A stretch of 17,449 nt of DNA from a bacterium (GTDB taxonomy: Bacteria; SZUA-182; DTGQ01; JAFGSM01), in contig JBLIRP010000078.1 of assembly GCA_049472355.1 (NCBI GenBank), positions 1 through 17,449 on the forward strand. Reading direction: 5' to 3'. Of this stretch, positions 8,672 through 15,455 are shown one piece after another; position 1 is the stretch's first letter; each line of letters starts with the position of its first letter. A program made the position numbers and the translations under genes. The notes under the pieces are model-generated. The model saw only the letters and a list, made by a program, of their open reading frames with translations. It was not told the origin of the DNA and did no database searches.

Positions 8672-9796
8672 GTGTGGTATATGGAACATAACGATGCCGC
8701 CCATCACGAGCGACTTCTGGAACTGGAGAAAGCCAATAAGATCCTTCATCAGAAGGTCTTGGAGCTCTATACGCTTCACCATATCAGCAAGACCCTGGGG
8801 TCGACGCTTAGCCTCGACGAGGTCTTCTCCAGGACGGTGGAACTCGTTCACCATGCCCTGCAGGTTGACATGTACTCCCTCATGATCATTGACGAGGAAC
8901 ACAATAGCCTTGTCACCAAGGTCGCTTCCGGCGATGAATCCTGCTTTGTCAAGGAATGCCGCATAGGCGAGGGGCTCTTCGGCACCATAGCCCTGACCAA
9001 AAGGCCCAAACTGATCATGGATGTAAGCACAAACGAGGAGTTCTCACAGGCCACCAACAAGACAATCCATAAGGGGTCGTACCTGGGGCTTCCCCTCATC
9101 GGGCATCAGTCCCAAGTAATCGGTATCCTGAATGTATACAAGCAGCATCCGGAGGCCCTGTCCGAATCCGAAATGGGCTTCTATGCGGGTATTGCGGAAC
9201 ACGCCTCCATGGCCATAGAAAATGCCTGGCTGTATGAACGGACCCAGGAACTCTCGCATCGGGACGACCTCACCGGGCTCTTCAACCGGCGTTATTTCTT
9301 CGAGATGGCCCACAAGGAGATTAAGCGGGCCCAACGGTATGGACGGAACGTCTCCTTGATCATGCTGGACCTTGACCACTTCAAGCGCTTCAACGACCGT
9401 TTCGGACACCTCGAAGGGGACTGTGCCCTGCGACAGGTGGCCGATATCCTGAATTCACTCGCTCGACATGCCGACATCGTCGCCCGGTACGGGGGGGACG
9501 AGTTCCTGATGCTCCTTCCGGAAACGGAAAAGGCGGGAAGCAACATCCTTGCGGAACGGATTCGAAACAGGCTCATGTCGCATGCCTTCATCCCACGGGA
9601 AGGAAGGCCAGGCAACGGTGACGGCAGCACATTGACGATTACCATCGGGATCGGGACCTATCCTGAGGATGCGCTCTCCTGCGACGAACTCATCGAATTT
9701 GCCGATATGGCCCTGTACGCGGGAAAGGCCCAGGGGCGAAATCAGGTTTCCCTCTCACCGATGGGGGACACAAAAAAGGTGCGGGAACTTCACTGA
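8672..9796 (+). CDS. Soluble GAF-GGDEF diguanylate cyclase
   Basis: N-terminal coiled helix + GAF (ending AIENAWLY), DDLTGLFNRR, DLDHFKRFNDRFGHLEGD, I-site RHAD five residues before intact RYGGDEF. Start may be ATG 8681 (GGGAG RBS). Confidence 0.95.
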   Translation: MWYMEHNDAAHHERLLELEKANKILHQKVLELYTLHHISKTLGSTLSLDEVFSRTVELVHHALQVDMYSLMIIDEEHNSLVTKVASGDESCFVKECRIGEGLFGTIALTKRPKLIMDVSTNEEFSQATNKTIHKGSYLGLPLIGHQSQVIGILNVYKQHPEALSESEMGFYAGIAEHASMAIENAWLYERTQELSHRDDLTGLFNRRYFFEMAHKEIKRAQRYGRNVSLIMLDLDHFKRFNDRFGHLEGDCALRQVADILNSLARHADIVARYGGDEFLMLLPETEKAGSNILAERIRNRLMSHAFIPREGRPGNGDGSTLTITIGIGTYPEDALSCDELIEFADMALYAGKAQGRNQVSLSPMGDTKKVRELH

Positions 9797-9805
9797 TCCC
9801 TTCCG

Positions 9806-9969
9806 CCGCCCGTGTCTGCGCCCGGTTCTCCATTCGCCGCATACCTACACTCCATTTCCCTCAGCCTAACAGCGTGTAAAACCCCTTTCCCGGCATAGGG
9901 CGCGCTGCCTTTCTCAAAGATTCATTCGGGTGTGCTTTTGTTCGGGTGAACCGGTTGGAACGCGGGTGG
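9806..9969 (+). ncRNA. Candidate rod-shaped structured RNA or degenerate long inverted repeat
   Basis: Four co-centred helices: 9806-9815/9960-9969, 9822-9828/9948-9954, 9839-9846/9928-9935, 9870-9877/9900-9907, with a 23/20-nt central bubble; found by manual pairing only. Confidence 0.4.
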
Positions 9970-9982
9970 GGATAATGGCCCG

Positions 9983-11122
9983 TTAGTTTTGAAAGACCCT
10001 TATCCGGTCGCCCTCCGCTATGGGCAGAATGCTTTTGGTGATGAGGGCGGTTGCGGTCCGCTCCTCTCTGCGCAGGACAAGGAGCTCTCCCAGAGGCCTG
10101 ACCATCTCCTTCACATCGTTTTTTCCTGGGCCGGCCTTGACGCTGTCAAAGCGATAAATTTCAAAGGGATTCCCTGGTTCTATGCCGTCGGCCTTTCCCA
10201 GGTTGAGGAAGACGATGTCGTACTGGGACAGATCGGTCTTTTTGCTCTCCGACTCGATTATTTTTCCCTCCAGGTCCGTCATCCTCGGCGGGGTGATCAG
10301 GGGCCTCGGCATGGACTCGTAGGGCTTCACCATGTCTCCCACGTGGATTTCCGAATAGGACTTGGTGATCGTGGCAAGGCTCACCTCATCGAACACCTCC
10401 ACGACCTGTGCCTTTCCGAGGATCTTTATCATGTAATAGTGTCCCTTGAGCCATTTGTTGTCCTCCAGTTCCCTGGCTATCCGGAAGATCGTGAGGACCT
10501 GGCCGGGGACGACCCCGCCCGTGCCCCGGTCGATATAGATGTGGTCGAGATAACTGAGGCTGATCTTTTCTTCCTTGCTGTCTACGATGCTGCCCCATTC
10601 TTCATACCGTTTCCGATCATGAAACTCCTTTTTGGGGATAAGGAAGCTGCAACTGTCTATCTTCTCCTGGGTGGCGGCAAACTGAGGCTCACGCCTCTTA
10701 GGTGCCATGATGATTTCAGGCGCCTTTGTCTTCTTTTCAGGCTTCGTGGTCACAACCTTGACCGGGGGCTTCTCCTCTTCAGGAGGGGGCGCGGTTTCCG
10801 GAGGGGGCGCCGGGGTCAAGGCAGGGGTGGACGTGGTAATTCTTCTGAGGTTGACGATCTCGCCCGGAAATATCCAGTGAGGGTCCTTGATGTGTGGATT
10901 GATCTGCCACAGCGCCGGCCACAGATAGGGGTCCCCCAGAAATTGCGCGGAGATATTCCAGAGGGTGTCCCCCGTGGTGACGATATAGATGTCGGAAACC
11001 GGCAGAATCTCCTGACCCGCGGCAGGGGAGACAGGAAGAAGAAGGAGGGAAGCGCAGACGGCCGCACAGGCGATGATTGCGATGCCGCTTCGGATATATT
11101 CACAAGGAGATCTGTGCCTCAT
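9983..11122 (-). CDS. Secreted LysM peptidoglycan-binding protein, TsaP-like
   Basis: Signal peptide; LysM YIVTTGDTLWNIS...WPALWQINPHIKDPHWIFPGE; Pro/Lys-rich linker; two repeated beta-rich C-terminal units (IYIDRG...PGQVLTIFR and VFLNLG...PGNPFEIYR). Confidence 0.85.
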   Translation of the reverse strand: MRHRSPCEYIRSGIAIIACAAVCASLLLLPVSPAAGQEILPVSDIYIVTTGDTLWNISAQFLGDPYLWPALWQINPHIKDPHWIFPGEIVNLRRITTSTPALTPAPPPETAPPPEEEKPPVKVVTTKPEKKTKAPEIIMAPKRREPQFAATQEKIDSCSFLIPKKEFHDRKRYEEWGSIVDSKEEKISLSYLDHIYIDRGTGGVVPGQVLTIFRIARELEDNKWLKGHYYMIKILGKAQVVEVFDEVSLATITKSYSEIHVGDMVKPYESMPRPLITPPRMTDLEGKIIESESKKTDLSQYDIVFLNLGKADGIEPGNPFEIYRFDSVKAGPGKNDVKEMVRPLGELLVLRREERTATALITKSILPIAEGDRIRVFQN

Positions 11123-11126
11123 AGGT

Positions 11127-11900
11127 TCACCTTTCTGACAAAATCCGGTCTATTCTCTTTTGAGCCATAGGATGGACGGGGTCGTTCGGAAATTCCCTGA
11201 CGATCCTTTGATACGATTCGAGGGCCTGGGGTGTTTGCCGAAGCTCCTGGAAGGAGTATCCCATCTTGAGAAGAGCTGCCGGAACCTTATTTCCCGTCGG
11301 ATACTCGGATAAAATCCTCTTGAATTCGACGATTGCCTTATTGAACTCGGTTTTTTTGTAGTAGCATTCGCCCAGCCAGTAGAGGGCATTGTCAGCCAGC
11401 TCCGTCCTTGGGTACTCTTCGAGATAGAGCTTGAGCAGGGGTATGGCATCGTCTATCCTTCCGGATCTGACCAGATCGAGCGCATTGGTATAGAGCTTCG
11501 AGGGGTTGATGGCCGGCTTTGCCTGCTCCTTGGGCTGAGGAGGCGGCTCAACCTTTTTCTCCATTATGGGCTTCGGATTGACCGGCGCTGGAGGGGGGAC
11601 GGGCGCGGTCACTTGAGGGGGGGGAGCATAGCGCACGGGTTCACTCCGCACCACCAGAAACTCATTCAATTTTTTATCCCGGTCGGCGATTCGTTCATTG
11701 ATACTGGTGAGTTGGGCAGTGGTTTGCTCCACCTTGGTATTGAGGTATGCCTGGTCTTGCTGGATCTCGAAAATCTGCTTCTGCAGATCATCCAGGTTCC
11801 GTTGGACGGTGTCTTTCACACCATTGGCCTGACAACCCAAAAACGACACCAACCCGATAAGGACTGCAATGCTGAAAACTCTCTGTATGTTTTTGTTCAT
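11127..11900 (-). CDS. cpoB: CpoB/YbgF-like TPR lipoprotein (257 aa)
   Basis: Re-started at ATG 11900; lipobox FLGC, coiled coil, Pro-rich linker, TPRs with YPRTELADNALYWLGECYY and YPTGNKVPAALLKMG. Confidence 0.82.
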   Translation of the reverse strand: MNKNIQRVFSIAVLIGLVSFLGCQANGVKDTVQRNLDDLQKQIFEIQQDQAYLNTKVEQTTAQLTSINERIADRDKKLNEFLVVRSEPVRYAPPPQVTAPVPPPAPVNPKPIMEKKVEPPPQPKEQAKPAINPSKLYTNALDLVRSGRIDDAIPLLKLYLEEYPRTELADNALYWLGECYYKKTEFNKAIVEFKRILSEYPTGNKVPAALLKMGYSFQELRQTPQALESYQRIVREFPNDPVHPMAQKRIDRILSER

Positions 11901-11925
11901 AGCCGGTCCCCGTTTTCCCTTGATC

Positions 11926-12249
11926 CTATGGCATTTTACCTTTAGTGTCAAGTCCTTTCTCCTTGGTGATCTCCTCTTGCGGAAAGATAAAAAGGATTTT
12001 ATCCTTGTTGACATTGAGGAAAGGTGTATAGTGAATGAGGCTGCCATCATCGAGCGAGAATATGCTGGCATCGGTGACCGGGATGAAGATCTCCCCTTCC
12101 GCACCAAGCCCCTTTGTGTTCAGAAAATCGGTCAACCGCCCCCCTAAGGGGAGGTACACGGTACCCAGGATCCTATATCCGTCAACGTACATGAGGACAT
12201 TGACGTTATCCTTTTTTGCCTTGGCAGCAAATTTTTTAAATTCCACCAT
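11926..12249 (-). CDS. Small conserved-looking hypothetical protein (resembles DUF6812; possible Sm-like fold)
   Basis: 107 aa, co-oriented with neighbours, AGAGAG before ATG; motifs GYRILGTVYL, RLTDFLN, FIPVTDA, FLNVNKDKILFI. Family name is from recall, not from a search. Confidence 0.7.
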   Translation of the reverse strand: MVEFKKFAAKAKKDNVNVLMYVDGYRILGTVYLPLGGRLTDFLNTKGLGAEGEIFIPVTDASIFSLDDGSLIHYTPFLNVNKDKILFIFPQEEITKEKGLDTKGKMP

Positions 12250-12281
12250 GACTCTCTATAACCCCTCTTCGAAAAAATCGC

Positions 12282-13514
12282 TCAGAGCACACCCCCCATT
12301 TTAAAGATCGGCAAAAATATGGAAATTGCTATGAATGCGACAATAACCCCGATGATGATAATCAATAACGGCTCTATAATCGAGGTGAGGGCGGATACCG
12401 AACTGCTGACCTGCTGCTGGTAAAAATCCGCGGTCTTCTCCAGCATGATGTGGAGGGTGCCCGATTCCTCACCGGTGGAGATCATTTGTATGATAAGATC
12501 GGGAAAGGCATTGGACCCGGAAAACGCCTGCGATACGGATGCCCCCTTCTGTATGTCCACCGTGGAGACATCGAGCACCTCCTTCAGATACCGGTTGCCC
12601 ACCGAATCGGACACGATCTGAATCGATTGAATGATGGGCATACCGCTATGGAGCAGCACCGAGAGGGTCTTCGCAAACTTGGAGAGCGTCCCCTTGAGCA
12701 GGATGGGACCGATGACGGGAAAGCGCAGTTTTGTCTTGTCCCACCATACCTGCATCCGTCTTGTCTGCAAGAGGAGATAGGCGCAGGTGGACAGCGCCGC
12801 CAGCCCGAGAACGATCAGGATGAAGTGCTCCCGCAGCAGGGTGCTTCCCCCCAGAAGGATCTTGGTGGGGAGGGGAAGCGGCGCCTTGAGGCGCTCGTAG
12901 ATGATCTCGAACTTGGGAACGATGAAGATGATGAGGGAGGAGATCACCAGGACGGCGAAGGAGATGATGGTGAGCGGATAGAATACGGCAGCCTTCAGCT
13001 TTCCCCTGATCTCAATCGTCTTCTCGAGATAGGACGCGAGCTGGGGGAGGATGATGGCGAGCGTCCCGCTCACCTCTCCGGAGCGGATAAGGTTCACGTA
13101 CAGATCGTCGAATACCGAGGGATGACGGGACATGGCCTGGGAGAGATCATCCCCCGCCTCGATCGAACGGTAGATATCGGTGATGATCCCCTGAAGCGAC
13201 CTGTTCCGGGTGTCGACCGCAATGGATTGTATGCTCTTTGAGATGGAGATGCCCGAGCCGAACATGGCGGCGAGCTGATTGGTGAACATGAGAAGGTCCT
13301 GGAGACTGATACTGGAGCCGAACCGCCGCATACCCGTCCTGAGGTTTTCCATGAACGGGCTTTTCACGAACGGCTCGTCGCTCCGGGTCACCGACAGGGG
13401 GACGGCATTGCGCCGGTGAAGCCGCTCGAGCAACGCCTCTTCGCTTTCCGCCTCGATGATCCCGCTGATGGTCCGCCCGCTGAATTCGCGGGCCTTATAA
13501 CTGAAATACGGCAC
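12282..13514 (-). CDS. pilC: Type IV pilus / T2SS inner-membrane platform protein (PilC/GspF family)
   Basis: FSYKARE..G....G.IEA start, FTNQLAAM, LSQAM..HP.VF..LY.NLI.SGE.SG.L, second repeat GEESGTL..ML, IEP, LPIF end; GTG start with GAGG RBS. Confidence 0.93.
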   Translation of the reverse strand: MPYFSYKAREFSGRTISGIIEAESEEALLERLHRRNAVPLSVTRSDEPFVKSPFMENLRTGMRRFGSSISLQDLLMFTNQLAAMFGSGISISKSIQSIAVDTRNRSLQGIITDIYRSIEAGDDLSQAMSRHPSVFDDLYVNLIRSGEVSGTLAIILPQLASYLEKTIEIRGKLKAAVFYPLTIISFAVLVISSLIIFIVPKFEIIYERLKAPLPLPTKILLGGSTLLREHFILIVLGLAALSTCAYLLLQTRRMQVWWDKTKLRFPVIGPILLKGTLSKFAKTLSVLLHSGMPIIQSIQIVSDSVGNRYLKEVLDVSTVDIQKGASVSQAFSGSNAFPDLIIQMISTGEESGTLHIMLEKTADFYQQQVSSSVSALTSIIEPLLIIIIGVIVAFIAISIFLPIFKMGGVL

Positions 13515-13608
13515 GCCTCAACCCCTTGTGGTCCGTTTCATCATGCCCGGAATACCATGTGCATCACTGAATTGTACCTGGTCGACATCCTGAGAAAAAT
13601 TCCCCTGT

Positions 13609-13636
13609 ATTGTACCATGAAACGCACGCGGATCAA
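13609..13636 (-). promoter_or_regulatory. Internal sigma70-type promoter (extended -10) upstream of pilC
   Basis: Minus strand TTGATC (13636-13631), 16-nt spacer, TACAAT (13614-13609) preceded by TGG, in the 200-nt pilB-pilC gap. Confidence 0.55.
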
Positions 13637-13715
13637 GTCTCTTTTAATCAATCTTTCTCACTACTTATATCGGTAGAAGGCCTGAATCGGATGCGCGCTC
13701 TCCGGAACGTGCGGT

Positions 13716-15449
13716 TTACTCTTCTTCAACGCAGGTGCTCAGCACCTCATCGATGGAGGTGACCCCCTGAATGACCTTTCTCAATCCGCTTTCCAGGAGC
13801 GTGGTCATGCCGCTTTCCAGCGCCTTGCGCTTGATGACGTTCGGGAGGGCGCCTTGGAGTATCAGGTTTCGAATCTCCTGGGACATCACCATGATCTCGA
13901 AGATACCTACCCGTCCCTTGTAACCGGTCTGGTTGCATGCGGCACATCCCTTTCCCTGGTAGAAGATGATCTCCTCGCTCAGATCGATCTTGAGACCGAG
14001 GCTGTCAAGGAGGGCGGGGCTGGGGGTGTAGGCCTCACGGCACTGGGGACAGATCCGCCTGACCAGCCGTTGGGCCACCGCCAGGGTGAGGGAGTTGCAT
14101 ACCAGGAAGGGCTCGATCCCCATGTTGATGAGCCGCACCACGGTCCCCACGGCATCGTTGGTGTGGAGCGTCGAAAACACCAGGTGGCCGGTCAGTGCCG
14201 AACGGATGGAGATCTCCGCGGTCTCCAGGTCCCGTATCTCACCCACCATGATCGTGTCGGGGTCCTGGCGCAGGATCGCGCGCAAACCGGTTGCAAAGGT
14301 GAAACCGGTCTTGAAATTCGCCTGGATCTGGTTGATCCCGTTGATCTGGTACTCCACGGGGTCCTCGATGGTGATGATGTTCTTCTCCGGCGAGCGTATC
14401 CGGGAGAGCATTGCGTACAGGGTGGTGGACTTGCCGCTCCCTGTCGGCCCGGTGAGCAGTATCATCCCGTAAGGCATATACATGTAACGCTTGAAAATCT
14501 CGAGCTGGGCGGTGTCCAGGCCCAGCTCCTCGAGCTGGAAGTTGAACGCGGTCTTTTCCAAAAGCCTCAGCACGATCTTTTCCCCGAATATGGTCGGCAC
14601 GCACGAGACGCGAAGATCGATCTCACGATTGTTGAACCGGATGGTGAACCGGCCGTCCTGGGGGAGCCTGCGTTCGGCGATATCCAGGTTGGAGAGGATC
14701 TTGATCCTGGAGATGATGGCCATCTGGAGATTCTTGGGCGGGGATATCACCTCGTACAGCACCCCGTCGATTCGATAGCGCACCAGCACGTGGTCCTCGC
14801 GCGGCTCGATGTGCACATCGCTGGCCGCCCTGGTGATCGCGTTGGAAATGATGTAGTCGACCAGCTTGACAATGGGGGCCTCCTCGACCTGCTGCCGCAC
14901 GCTTTCAAGGTCCAGGCCCTCCTCCTCCCTCCGCTCCTCCACCTCCAGGTGCGTTGATTGCAGGTCCTTCAGGACCTCCAGGATCTTTATCTCATCCCGC
15001 GGGGTAAAGATCTGGGTGATGGCCGTTTCAATATCCTTGCCCGAGCTGATGGCGGGCTGCACATCCATCCCCGCCACCCGCTGGATATCATCGATGGCCA
15101 GCAGATCGAAGGGATCGGCCATGACCACCATCAGGGAGGCGGCGAGTTTTTTGAGGGGAATCGCCAGGTGTTTGCGTGCCACGTGCTCGGGGATGATGCG
15201 GGCCAGGTCCGGGTCCACCAGGGAGAGCCTGGATGGAGGCACATACTGGATGTTGAGCTGCTTGGCGAGGGTCTTTAACAGGTCCTGCTCGGAAATGATA
15301 CCCATGTTGACCAGGATGACGCCGATCTTCTCACCCGTTCGCTTTTGCTTGGCATAGCCCTGCTCGAGCTGGTTCAGGGTGAGTAGCCCCTCCTGAATCA
15401 GCAGCTCACCGATCCGGGTATACCCGGCACTGTACTTCCCTTGGGTCAT
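13716..15449 (-). CDS. pilB: Type IV filament assembly ATPase (PilB/GspE family) with N-terminal MshEN c-di-GMP-binding domain
   Basis: Tandem MshEN motifs at aa 12-64; ASDVHIEP, ERRLPQDGR, Walker A GPTGSGKST, Asp box TIEDPVE, Walker B MVGEIRD, His box GHLVFSTLH, Zn motif CPQC...CAAC. Confidence 0.93.
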   Translation of the reverse strand: MTQGKYSAGYTRIGELLIQEGLLTLNQLEQGYAKQKRTGEKIGVILVNMGIISEQDLLKTLAKQLNIQYVPPSRLSLVDPDLARIIPEHVARKHLAIPLKKLAASLMVVMADPFDLLAIDDIQRVAGMDVQPAISSGKDIETAITQIFTPRDEIKILEVLKDLQSTHLEVEERREEEGLDLESVRQQVEEAPIVKLVDYIISNAITRAASDVHIEPREDHVLVRYRIDGVLYEVISPPKNLQMAIISRIKILSNLDIAERRLPQDGRFTIRFNNREIDLRVSCVPTIFGEKIVLRLLEKTAFNFQLEELGLDTAQLEIFKRYMYMPYGMILLTGPTGSGKSTTLYAMLSRIRSPEKNIITIEDPVEYQINGINQIQANFKTGFTFATGLRAILRQDPDTIMVGEIRDLETAEISIRSALTGHLVFSTLHTNDAVGTVVRLINMGIEPFLVCNSLTLAVAQRLVRRICPQCREAYTPSPALLDSLGLKIDLSEEIIFYQGKGCAACNQTGYKGRVGIFEIMVMSQEIRNLILQGALPNVIKRKALESGMTTLLESGLRKVIQGVTSIDEVLSTCVEEE

Positions 15450-15455
15450 TGTATC

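Noticed and set aside
9360..9425. Cyclase as a Hypr GGDEF (3',3'-cGAMP synthase)
   Set aside because: The specificity position in GHLEGD is the canonical Asp, not the Ser/Thr of Hypr enzymes.
9491..9497. G7 tract in the GGDEF codons and G8 tract at 11617-11624 as phase-variation sites
   Set aside because: Short, in frame, and explained by Gly-Gly-Asp and Pro-Pro-Pro codons; read-level length variation would be needed.
11901..12107. N-terminal extensions of cpoB (to 12107) and lapA (to 6136) in the ORF track
   Set aside because: They overlap the upstream genes; downstream ATGs give proper signal/TM starts.
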